Source of the DNA: Deltaproteobacteria bacterium
GTDB taxonomy: Bacteria; Desulfobacterota; Desulfomonilia; UBA1062
Direction: 5' to 3'
NCBI GenBank assembly: GCA_015486075.1
Contig: WFSG01000032.1
Location: forward strand, 106,862 to 170,861
Length of the DNA stretch: 64,000 nt
In this document: piece by piece, positions 39,344 to 48,243 of the stretch
Numbering within the stretch: the first letter of the stretch is position 1
Layout: the number at the start of each line of letters is the position of its first letter
Program-made: the position numbers and the translations under genes
The notes under the pieces: model-generated
What the model was told of the DNA's origin: nothing
Seen by the model: the letters and a program-made list of their open reading frames with translations, nothing else
Database searches by the model: none

Positions 39344-40207
39344 ATGGCGGTTATAAACTATGCAAAGAGAGAAATATCGGCAAAGATAGTATATTATGGC
39401 CCTTCCCTGTGTGGAAAGACTACCAATATCCAGTACATATATACGAGTATAAAACCCGAACAAAAGGGTAAGTTGGTATCTCTGGCAACAGAGGCTGACC
39501 GCACGCTTTTCTTTGACTTCCTCCCTGTCGAGATCTCGAACATAAAGGGTTTCAAAACTAGGCTCCATTTCTACACAGTGCCTGGACAGGTTTACTATAA
39601 TTCAACTAGGAGGGCTGTACTCACTGGTGTTGATGGCCTGGTCTTTGTTGCGGATTCACAGAGAGATAAGATGGAGGAAAATATAGAAAGTCTCAAGAAC
39701 CTGGAGGAAAACCTCAATTACTATGGCAAAAGTATTAAGCAGCTCCCCCTTGTATTTCAATACAACAAGAGAGATTTGCCAGACGTTATGCCCGTTTCAG
39801 AGATGAACCAGGTTTTAAATCCTGACGGGTATCCCTTTTTTGAGGCCGTTGCCACAACGGGTGAAGGGGTTCTGAAGACACTTACCACAGCCACGAGGAT
39901 GGTTTTAAAGTATATAGAGAAGGGTAGCAACGGAGAGCAGGTAAAAAGAGATGTCATAAACGATGTCAGGCCACGGGAACAGCCTGGAGAAGAAAGGACC
40001 TTGGATGTAGTCAGCCCTGCAACTAGGGAGAATGATGGAGCAAAGCCGGTAGAGGGTGGACGTATACAGATCGTTGGCACGGGTGATGCTAGAATTATTT
40101 CTAATAACGCAATTAGTATACCGGTCAGGATCAAGTTTGAAGGAGACGGGGCAACATATACCATGGACTTGGCGATAAAGATAGATAGCTTAATACCAGA
40201 GGGTTGA
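39344..40207 (+). CDS. mglA: MglA-family small GTPase with C-terminal extension
   Basis: KIVYYGPSLCGKTT, DRTLFFDFLP, YTVPGQV, VFVADSQ and QYNKRD, followed by a tail of about 95 aa. Confidence 0.85.
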   Translation: MAVINYAKREISAKIVYYGPSLCGKTTNIQYIYTSIKPEQKGKLVSLATEADRTLFFDFLPVEISNIKGFKTRLHFYTVPGQVYYNSTRRAVLTGVDGLVFVADSQRDKMEENIESLKNLEENLNYYGKSIKQLPLVFQYNKRDLPDVMPVSEMNQVLNPDGYPFFEAVATTGEGVLKTLTTATRMVLKYIEKGSNGEQVKRDVINDVRPREQPGEERTLDVVSPATRENDGAKPVEGGRIQIVGTGDARIISNNAISIPVRIKFEGDGATYTMDLAIKIDSLIPEG

Positions 40208-40211
40208 AGGT

Positions 40212-41699
40212 GTGTATTCAACTGCAGGTATATTACCGATCGGTTATATCAAAAGGCTATTTGATTTATGGCCATGTTCATCTGCAGTATTAGGCGATGT
40301 TTACCTTTCTGTTGTCTTGGCTACAATACTGTTGTTTACACTGATTGGCATCTGTTTCATAGTCAAATATACATCTCATATAAGGAATGATCTTAAAAAC
40401 ATAATAAGCGCTGATCTAAGCAATCTGGCATTGAACCTGTGGATAGGGTTTATCCTCATGCTACCATACTTTTTCAGGGCCGGTGTATTGTGGTTCGTTC
40501 TCTGGTGGTTTCTTGTATTCTGGGTATACTTGGCCAAAGCAGAGAAGAAGCTAGTAATGATCTTCATATTCCTTGTGTTCATATCAGGCTGGATTGCCCA
40601 TGTGGGAGGCGGATTCGTTACCTACGGGACAACTCATGTAGACAAAGAGATATACCTGACAGAGAACAATATGGCTAAGCCTAAAGATGTTATTGCCTTA
40701 ACATCGTGGATCGCTTCTCATCCCGACGATGCTGAGCCCATGAATACTATGGCCCTTGTGGAAAAAAGGCGTGGTAATTTTACACATGCCGTAGATCTTC
40801 TCAAGCATGCCCTTGACCTGGAGCCTACCAATGCGAGGTTCTATAATAACCTGGCCATAGCACTTGCAGGCATGTCGAGGTATCAGGAGGCTATCACCGC
40901 GTTAAAAGATGCCATTGCTCTTAATAGGCATTCGGTCATCTACCATTATAACATGAGTAGGATCTATCAGAAGACTTATAATCTATACGATGCGGACAAG
41001 GAGTTTGGACTTGCAAGCAAGATTGATCCCATGCGGGTAAGTGCTTTCCTCTCAAGGGGAGACAAGGATATAGAGCACACGTTTATAGAAGAAAGGATTC
41101 CTGTGGGAAGGCTTATCTACAGAGAGATGACACCCTCAGAGGATCTTAGCAGGGCATCAGAGGCATTGTGGGCCATGGGTTTTGGATTATTAAAGAAAGT
41201 GTATGCGCCACTCATAGGCATGGTTGCCTGTATTGTAATCCTTATACTCGAGCACATACCAAGGGAGCGGTTTACCAAGAGATGCTCTAGGTGCGGTAGG
41301 TTGTATTATGTGGGTTCTAGTTCTTCGCATGGACATTCTTTATGCCTACAGTGTCATTGGCTCGATATGAAATCCAAGAAGAAGCTCGAAAATGTCCTTA
41401 CTCAGAAGATATCGGAGGTAAAGAAATACAGATTGTTAATGAGCGCCTATACTGCAAGGCTAGAATTGGCCATGCCAGGTCTAGGCTCTATTGTGGGGGA
41501 TAGGACAAGCATAGGCGTCACTAGGATTTACATGCTTGGACTGTCACTTGTACTGATCATAACAGGTGGCCAGTTCGTTTATTCTTTAGTTCCATCTGGT
41601 CTTGATGTAAGGCCAGCCATAAGGATGCTAGGGATGTTCATCCTAGGTGTCCTTTATTGGCGTGCTTACTCAATGCCTCCAGGGGCAAAGGGGGTATAA
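40212..41699 (+). CDS. Polytopic membrane TPR protein with CxxC-CxxC zinc-ribbon-like motif
   Basis: TM helices, TPRs (YNNLAIAL, HYNMS) and CSRC...CLQC. Confidence 0.8.
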   Translation: MYSTAGILPIGYIKRLFDLWPCSSAVLGDVYLSVVLATILLFTLIGICFIVKYTSHIRNDLKNIISADLSNLALNLWIGFILMLPYFFRAGVLWFVLWWFLVFWVYLAKAEKKLVMIFIFLVFISGWIAHVGGGFVTYGTTHVDKEIYLTENNMAKPKDVIALTSWIASHPDDAEPMNTMALVEKRRGNFTHAVDLLKHALDLEPTNARFYNNLAIALAGMSRYQEAITALKDAIALNRHSVIYHYNMSRIYQKTYNLYDADKEFGLASKIDPMRVSAFLSRGDKDIEHTFIEERIPVGRLIYREMTPSEDLSRASEALWAMGFGLLKKVYAPLIGMVACIVILILEHIPRERFTKRCSRCGRLYYVGSSSSHGHSLCLQCHWLDMKSKKKLENVLTQKISEVKKYRLLMSAYTARLELAMPGLGSIVGDRTSIGVTRIYMLGLSLVLIITGGQFVYSLVPSGLDVRPAIRMLGMFILGVLYWRAYSMPPGAKGV

Positions 41700-41700
41700 C

Positions 41701-42672
41701 ATGTCTTTAGTAGGTACCTTAAAAGGTTTTGGCGTAACAGAGATATTTCAGCTCATAAATCAACAGATGAAAACTGGAACTCTCGTTGTTAATGCACCCA
41801 GGGCTAAGATATCTATCTTTTTCAGCGATGGCTATATAAGGGGCATATATTCTGATTCATGGGATGCAGACCCAAGGGTCAAGATACTGGTCGATGGAGG
41901 TTTTGTTAAGCATAAAGACTTGGAGGTAGCAAAGGGAGGCGAAAAGGAGAGTCTTAATTGGGTCGATATTCTTATAGCCCAGAACAAGCTGAGCAAGGCC
42001 TTGCTGGATAAGATTACTAACGTAGTCTTGAGGGATCTATTCTTTGATATCCTCAGGTGGGGGGAGGGGAATTACAGGTTTGAAGAAGGGGTAAACGCTT
42101 CCAGAGAAATGATTGAATGCAATGCTCAGGCCGAGAATATAATGCTGGATACATTGAGAAGCATTGACGAGTGGCCGCTAGTAGAACAAAAGGTACCACC
42201 GCTGGATTACTACCCCGTGGTTATAATGCCTGTCACAGAGGGCATAGTTCAAAAGTTTAAGCTTACTGACAAAGACATACGTATATACGACCTGATTGAC
42301 GGTAACAAGACTATAGACACCCTTATAAACGAATCCCTGGAAACACGTCACGACGTGCTAAGCTCGATCGTGAGGTTAATGGATGCCTTTCTAATAGAGG
42401 TGTTCCCAAAGGAAACCATAAAAGGATCAGACAGGTTTTCTAAGATGCAGACAGTGTTTGCAGGTTTGAAGAAAGTCTTTGCGTACATACTGCTCCTGGT
42501 AACTGTCGTGGCTCTAGTATACATATCAAGGCCGGGTCTCTACGTACCACTGTGGCCAAATCCCGTGGTAACTCAATATATATATGCACAAAAAGAAATC
42601 GCTAACAATTTTAAGTATTCTAAGCAGGCGATACCGCTTTTACATTCAGATAAAGATAATTATAACCATTGA
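41701..42672 (+). CDS. DUF4388 (PATAN-like) domain protein with C-terminal TM
   Basis: MSLVGTLKGFGVTEIFQLI..KTGTL, WGEGNYRF, IDEWP and LIDG. Confidence 0.85.
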   Translation: MSLVGTLKGFGVTEIFQLINQQMKTGTLVVNAPRAKISIFFSDGYIRGIYSDSWDADPRVKILVDGGFVKHKDLEVAKGGEKESLNWVDILIAQNKLSKALLDKITNVVLRDLFFDILRWGEGNYRFEEGVNASREMIECNAQAENIMLDTLRSIDEWPLVEQKVPPLDYYPVVIMPVTEGIVQKFKLTDKDIRIYDLIDGNKTIDTLINESLETRHDVLSSIVRLMDAFLIEVFPKETIKGSDRFSKMQTVFAGLKKVFAYILLLVTVVALVYISRPGLYVPLWPNPVVTQYIYAQKEIANNFKYSKQAIPLLHSDKDNYNH

Positions 42673-44332
42673 GGCGTTTTTTATAGGGAGTGAATGCAAT
42701 GTTTGCTACTCTCGGTATATCTTCGCGAGCAAGGCCCTTAGAGTGAAATACAGCGTTAAATATCCTGTTGTTCTGCTTAAGTACCATGTTAAAACCATTA
42801 TTGCCCGATTTCTGTATGTTCACTATCCTCATTCTAGGAATCATGAAAATAGGCTCAGGGTTGCCTATGCCAAACGGGCCCATCATCTCGAGTTCATCTA
42901 GCAGGCCTGGGGTCAGGTCTTGGCTCGATATCTCCATGTCAACTATTACGTCAGGTTTATGCTTTGTTTTCTCTGCTGCCAACACGGAATTCAATGCCTC
43001 TGAAAAGGAAAGTATTTTTTCTGCATCAATGTTGATTCCAACCGCCATTGTATGGCCGCCGAATGAATTCAGCAGGTGTGAGACTTTAAAGACAGCCTTG
43101 TACAGATCTATCCCTTCTACTGATCTACCAGACCCCTGGCCAATACCATCTGCTATTGATATTATTATAGAAGGTTTTGAGAACCTCTCGGAGATACGAG
43201 AAGCAACGATACCTATAACACCTCTATGCCAGTTTGTTCCTGCCACTACGATGGCTTCACCTGCATTTCCATTCTCCTCCACTATTGTAAGCACCTCTTT
43301 AAAGACCTTTTGTTCCTCGACCTGTCTCTGCCTGTTGAGCACATGCAGTTGCATGGCTATCTCTCGTGCCTTTTGTGGGTCATCCGTTGTGAGCAGCTCA
43401 AATGATGTATAGGCATTGGATATTCTCCCCGCGGCATTTATCCTAGGCCCTAGTATAAACCCGATATCCCTGGCAATTACCGTGCTTCTTATACCTGAAA
43501 CATCTGCAAGTGCAGAAATACCTGCACGATTACCCTCGTTGAGTACCTTAAGGCCTTCCTTGACGAGTATACGATTGATGCCAGTTAGTGACACTACATC
43601 CGCTATGGTGGCCATCGCCACTAGGTCAAGGTCTTCTCTGAGGTTTGGCAGGTTCTCCACTCCCTTATCTCTCAAGAAGGACCTTAACGCCACAATGAGG
43701 TGAAAGATCACACCTGCACCGCATAGGTCCTGGTCAGAGAAAGGACAGTCTCCCTGCTTGGGGTTGATAATACTGTAGGCATCCGGGAGGTTCATATCTG
43801 GTTCGTGGTGATCGGTTATGATGACATCCATACCTAGTGATTTTGCATGATCTACCTCCTTAAGGGCATTTATGCCGCAGTCGGCAGTTATGAGTAGGCT
43901 TACTCCCCTGGCATGCAGTTCATCTATCCCTCTCTTATTGAGTCCGTAGCCATCCATGGCCCTGTCAGGTATAAATACAATAGGTGCTGGATAACCAAGT
44001 TTGAGCAGAAACCTGTATATCAATGCGGCACTGCAGACACCATCGACATCATAATCAGTAAAGATACCAATCTTTTCTCCCCCAATGAGTGCCCTTGAGA
44101 TCCGTTCGCATGCCCTATGCATGCCCTTCATAAGTACTGGATCACGTAGGTCACCCAGGCTTGGTGCAACGAAATGCATTATATCCTCAGCTGTTTTTAA
44201 ACCCCTTATCTTCATCAGTGACCTGAATGCCGGGCTAAATTTGAGATCCGAGAATACGCCCTTATCCACTTTTCCCCGTATGATCCAGTTGGCATTGAGC
44301 ATCTTGGACCTCTTAGATACTGGGTCGTACAT
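42620..44332 (-). CDS. recJ: Single-stranded-DNA-specific exonuclease RecJ
   Basis: DYDVDG, DCG, TDHH, TIADVV, PRINAAGR, GSGRS and GGH. Confidence 0.95.
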   Translation of the reverse strand: MYDPVSKRSKMLNANWIIRGKVDKGVFSDLKFSPAFRSLMKIRGLKTAEDIMHFVAPSLGDLRDPVLMKGMHRACERISRALIGGEKIGIFTDYDVDGVCSAALIYRFLLKLGYPAPIVFIPDRAMDGYGLNKRGIDELHARGVSLLITADCGINALKEVDHAKSLGMDVIITDHHEPDMNLPDAYSIINPKQGDCPFSDQDLCGAGVIFHLIVALRSFLRDKGVENLPNLREDLDLVAMATIADVVSLTGINRILVKEGLKVLNEGNRAGISALADVSGIRSTVIARDIGFILGPRINAAGRISNAYTSFELLTTDDPQKAREIAMQLHVLNRQRQVEEQKVFKEVLTIVEENGNAGEAIVVAGTNWHRGVIGIVASRISERFSKPSIIISIADGIGQGSGRSVEGIDLYKAVFKVSHLLNSFGGHTMAVGINIDAEKILSFSEALNSVLAAEKTKHKPDVIVDMEISSQDLTPGLLDELEMMGPFGIGNPEPIFMIPRMRIVNIQKSGNNGFNMVLKQNNRIFNAVFHSKGLAREDIPRVANIAFTPYKKRLNGYNYLYLNVKAVSPA

Positions 44333-44410
44333 CTTTTAGCTAGTCCCGCACATAGATAATTGGCTAAGAATTTCTATATGTGATAATTTTTTTATACCCA
44401 TGTTTTCCTG

Positions 44411-45151
44411 TTATACCATGTAGCGTTCTACTTCTTTTCTCGTCCTCGGCATGTCCTTTACCTTTACCTCCATGCTTATGGTGGAATCGTATCCCCTTTT
44501 TTTAAGGGCAGTAAATATGGCCGGGTAATCCACTACTCCATCTCCCAGGCACAGGTGCAAGTCGTCCTTGACGCTAACACCGCCGTAATTGTCATGTACA
44601 TGTACATGTTGTATCCTGTTGAAGTAGTTATCTATGAAATCAAAGGACGTATTTGTGTTAGCAAGTAACTGTCCATGGCCTATGTCAAGGGTCATCATGA
44701 GGTCAGGTACAGCATCGAAAGCACTGCCAAAACTATCGTATCTTTCGCTGAGGTTTTCTATGCATAATACTACGCCCCTGTCTTTCGCATATGAGACCAT
44801 CTCTTCAACAAGGGATATCTTTTTGTCTAAAAGGGCTTGTGATACCCATCTTCTATCCATCCAGAAGTGGAATGTCCCCTTTTTAATACCCAGCCTAGTG
44901 GAGAGATCTACGAGCTTTCTAATTCTGGGGACAAACTTTTCTTTTAATACCTTTGGATCAAATGGATTATCCTCATTGGGATAGTGCGCCATGAATTTAA
45001 CGTTATAGATCTCCTTGAGATTATTTAATTCTTCTAATTCTTTCTCAACCCTTGGTGGGTCCAGAAGTGAATACTCGACAAAAGGATAGCCTAACATGCA
45101 GATATCCATGACTTCTGCGAGATTATGAGCCCTTCCACCAACAGTTACCAT
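44411..45151 (-). CDS. Sugar phosphate isomerase/epimerase family TIM-barrel protein
   Basis: CIENL, LDIGH, HVHVHDN, DLHL and MEV metal-binding pattern. Confidence 0.85.
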   Translation of the reverse strand: MVTVGGRAHNLAEVMDICMLGYPFVEYSLLDPPRVEKELEELNNLKEIYNVKFMAHYPNEDNPFDPKVLKEKFVPRIRKLVDLSTRLGIKKGTFHFWMDRRWVSQALLDKKISLVEEMVSYAKDRGVVLCIENLSERYDSFGSAFDAVPDLMMTLDIGHGQLLANTNTSFDFIDNYFNRIQHVHVHDNYGGVSVKDDLHLCLGDGVVDYPAIFTALKKRGYDSTISMEVKVKDMPRTRKEVERYMV

Positions 45152-45191
45152 GCGAATCCACCCCGGCAGTTATTTGAAACCTTTATTGGCA

Positions 45192-45209
45192 TTATGATAA
45201 TTATCACAA
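45192..45209. promoter_or_regulatory. Palindromic operator with Rex/CRP/HcpR geometry
   Basis: TTATGATAA|TTATCACAA is one mismatch from perfect and fits TGTGA-N6-TCACA. Confidence 0.45.
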
Positions 45210-45524
45210 ACCTTCGTGTCCGGACAACCTTAAAGGCTTAGGGAGTATATGGGTACTGTTATATACCACGAAGCAAGGAGTTTATTGCTTAATGTGCTTT
45301 GCAAAGCATTAAATTTTCTTGGCCGGTAACGTTATGAGAGTATAGAGGACAAGGTTGGCTTAGTTAAGGTTACACTGTCTTACATGGGTATTAAGATTGA
45401 TTTTGCATGCCAGTTCGGTTATAGGTTTATTGTGTAGGATTGTGCAAGCGAATATTGCCCTTATTAAGGAGTAATCGTTATCTTCATAGCATGAAGTCGG
45501 GTATAATTACAAATAGTTGGAGAC

Positions 45525-47333
45525 TTGATGTCGAATATTGATACTACTTCTCTCGACCTGAGGCGTATCACAAAACTGATATTCTTAAGCATGGTTATAG
45601 GGGTAGTATCTGGTCTCGGGGCATTTTGCTTTTTCTACCTAATTAAACTCGGAACGAATTTTTTCCTCATACACCTTGCAGGTTATACGCCACCCACTAT
45701 TGATGAAGCAACAGGTGAGGTAATACCCTTGTATCCTGTCCTGATGGATCACATATTCACTCACAAGAGTGGGATTAGTTGGGTTCTCGCCCTTATACCC
45801 ATGATAGGGGGGCTGATTGCAGGTTTTATTGTTTACACATGGGCCCCTGAGGCAGAGGGTCACGGCACGGATGCTGCGATAGAGTCGTTTCATGAGAAGA
45901 GGGGAATAATAAGGCCTAGGGTGCCATTCATCAAGATCATCGCATCTGCCATTACCATTGGTTCTGGCGGGTCTGCTGGCAGAGAGGGTCCTATAGCGCA
46001 GATTGGTGCAGGGTTTGCGTCCTATCTGGGCACTAAGCTTGGTCTCACCGATAAAGAGCGTAGGACAATGCTTGTCGCTGGCATTGGCGGTGGAATAGGT
46101 AGCATTTTTAGGGCACCACTTGGGGGAGCCCTGTTTGCTGCCGAGGTAATATACACCGAGGCAGAGTTTGAATACGAGGCCATTATACCGGCCATTATCT
46201 CTTCCATAGTGGGCTATTCAGTCTTTGCATCCATAGTGGGATGGGGTTCATTATTCCACACGCCTGATTTCAGCTTTCGCAATCCCATAGAGTTTGTCTT
46301 TTATTTCTTACTCGCCATTGCCTGCGCTGGCCTGGGCTATTTTTACGTGGCCACGTTTTATGGCATGCGAGACAGATTTTTTAAGAAGATACCGATACCA
46401 CCACATTTTAAACCTGCGATCGGTGGGGGGCTGCTCGGCCTACTGGCCCTTTTCTACCCGCAGGTACTGGGATCTGGCTACGGTTGGATTCAGCTTGCAA
46501 TATATGGCAAGCTAGCCATAGGTCTGATGCTTGTGCTCGCCATAGCAAAGATACTTGCAACTTCGTTTACCATATCATCCGGTGGTAGCGGTGGAGTTTT
46601 TGCCCCGTCCCTGGTAATCGGGGCAATGCTAGGAGGTGCCTTTGGTGGAGTCGCGCACCACTTGTTCCCAGGCGTGGTTAGTAATCCTAATGCATACGTA
46701 ATAGTTGGTATGGCCGGTTTCTTTGCGGGTGCGGCTAATACACCTATATCCACCCTTATAATGGTGTGTGAGCTTAGTGGAAACTATGGACTGCTGCCGC
46801 CATTAATGCTGGTATGTACCACTGCGTTTCTATTCCTAAGAAAACTTACCATATACGAAAAGCAAGTTCCTACGCGTATTGATTCCCCTGCGCACAAGGG
46901 TGACTTCATAATGGACGTCCTAGAAGGGCTAACGGTCAGGGATGCTGTAAGGATACCTTCCGAGGTAACACTCGTAAAGGAGAATGCCCCTTTAAGGGAC
47001 ATAGTGGACCTTATAACTAGAAGCAGGTCGTCCTATTACCCAGTTGTTGATTCATCTGGCCTGATGACAGGTGTATTCGACATACATGACGTCAGACGGA
47101 TACTAACGGACGAGATACTGGCAAACCTTGTGATAGCGAGCGATATAGCAACTGAAGACGTGATAACCGTTAGGCCAGATGAAGACCTTAGCAGTGTCCT
47201 AAGAAAGTTTTCACTTAAGGATCTTGAGGAACTTCCGGTAGTGGATCCAGTGAACCCAAGGAAAGTAATAGGCATGATAAGTAGGAGGGATCTTATAAAC
47301 GCCTATAATCAGAGGGTTACAATTAAACAGTAA
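45525..47333 (+). CDS. ClC family chloride channel/antiporter with two CBS domains
   Basis: GSAGREGP, FRAPLGG, GGVFAP, GNY and a C-terminal CBS pair. Confidence 0.93.
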   Translation: MMSNIDTTSLDLRRITKLIFLSMVIGVVSGLGAFCFFYLIKLGTNFFLIHLAGYTPPTIDEATGEVIPLYPVLMDHIFTHKSGISWVLALIPMIGGLIAGFIVYTWAPEAEGHGTDAAIESFHEKRGIIRPRVPFIKIIASAITIGSGGSAGREGPIAQIGAGFASYLGTKLGLTDKERRTMLVAGIGGGIGSIFRAPLGGALFAAEVIYTEAEFEYEAIIPAIISSIVGYSVFASIVGWGSLFHTPDFSFRNPIEFVFYFLLAIACAGLGYFYVATFYGMRDRFFKKIPIPPHFKPAIGGGLLGLLALFYPQVLGSGYGWIQLAIYGKLAIGLMLVLAIAKILATSFTISSGGSGGVFAPSLVIGAMLGGAFGGVAHHLFPGVVSNPNAYVIVGMAGFFAGAANTPISTLIMVCELSGNYGLLPPLMLVCTTAFLFLRKLTIYEKQVPTRIDSPAHKGDFIMDVLEGLTVRDAVRIPSEVTLVKENAPLRDIVDLITRSRSSYYPVVDSSGLMTGVFDIHDVRRILTDEILANLVIASDIATEDVITVRPDEDLSSVLRKFSLKDLEELPVVDPVNPRKVIGMISRRDLINAYNQRVTIKQ

Positions 47334-47383
47334 TAGTGGTAGCGAATTCAGTAAAATATTTCTTAATTAAGATTTATACAGGA

Positions 47384-47491
47384 TCAGGACTTGGGCTGTG
47401 TGTCTGATGTCTTTTTCTTTCTTTTGCGTTTTAGTCCGTAAGTCCCTCTCCAGATCTTACCTCTCTTGGTTTTTCTGTCCCCTTTTCCCAT
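47384..47491 (-). CDS. thx: 30S ribosomal protein THX (bS31)
   Basis: Not in ORF track. [35 protein letters not shown] matches the MGKGD.+T.+GKI..GTYG signature. Confidence 0.92.
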   Translation of the reverse strand: MGKGDRKTKRGKIWRGTYGLKRKRKKKTSDTQPKS

Positions 47492-47544
47492 AACTCATCC
47501 TTGCCTTTTGTAGACATTAAAATTTATCATAATTAAAGCAACGT

Positions 47545-47576
47545 ATGTAGTTACCTAGTATACTAGGTAACTACAT
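47545..47576. repeat. Perfect 32-bp palindrome with no spacer
   Basis: ATGTAGTTACCTAGTA|TACTAGGTAACTACAT. Confidence 0.9.
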
Positions 47577-47628
47577 TTAGTTCAAGTATGCTTACATTAC
47601 AGCTGGGTATAGCCGTGGCAGATGTATT

Positions 47629-48189
47629 TTATCTTTTGGTTGTTTTTTTTAGCGTGTCTGCCATTTTTTTTACCAGCGGACCATCCTTTCTCCAGACCCA
47701 GCATGTATCAATAAGGTAGCTAGGGTCAGGAAGATCCCACATGGACTCAATGGATATTGGTTTACTTGCCTTTAGTGCCCAGTATCCTTGGACTACGGCA
47801 GGGGCCATGGCCAAGAGCAAGGCGTTAAGATGAGTGCACCCCCTCGGACCTCCGAGCGTATCCTTTACCCAGGATGTGAAACCAGGAGCAATCCGATGTC
47901 CCACAAGTGGTTTAAGACTTTCCCTTGTTTTTATGCACTCATCACTAGGTACGTCTATCATATCCACGTCAACATCCTGCACGACAAGGTCTTTACCCCT
48001 CACGAGTAGCCTTATCTTGAGGTTATGTATAACCCCAGGAGGGAAGGTCTCTCCAGCGGTTAACGAATATGTGGTCCTTAACCTTTCGTCTCTTAATGTG
48101 CCCTCCACCAAAACTGTGTCATCGCCAATGTCATAGGTGGAAATATTTATACTCCTTGTATGTATTTTTTCACTTGTGTTGCTTACCAT
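47629..48189 (-). CDS. DUF2889 family protein
   Basis: IHTRSI, IHNL, LGGPRGCTHL and IDTC. Confidence 0.85.
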   Translation of the reverse strand: MVSNTSEKIHTRSINISTYDIGDDTVLVEGTLRDERLRTTYSLTAGETFPPGVIHNLKIRLLVRGKDLVVQDVDVDMIDVPSDECIKTRESLKPLVGHRIAPGFTSWVKDTLGGPRGCTHLNALLLAMAPAVVQGYWALKASKPISIESMWDLPDPSYLIDTCWVWRKDGPLVKKMADTLKKTTKR

Positions 48190-48243
48190 ACCTTAGGCCC
48201 CTTTTTTATGATTTGATACTAGCATTATGCTGATCTCAGCTTG

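Noticed and set aside
45300-45524. Fluoride riboswitch / fluoride-type ClC
   Set aside because: No crcB-motif sequence is visible, and the protein has GREGP rather than the GNNLI/GREGT fluoride signatures.
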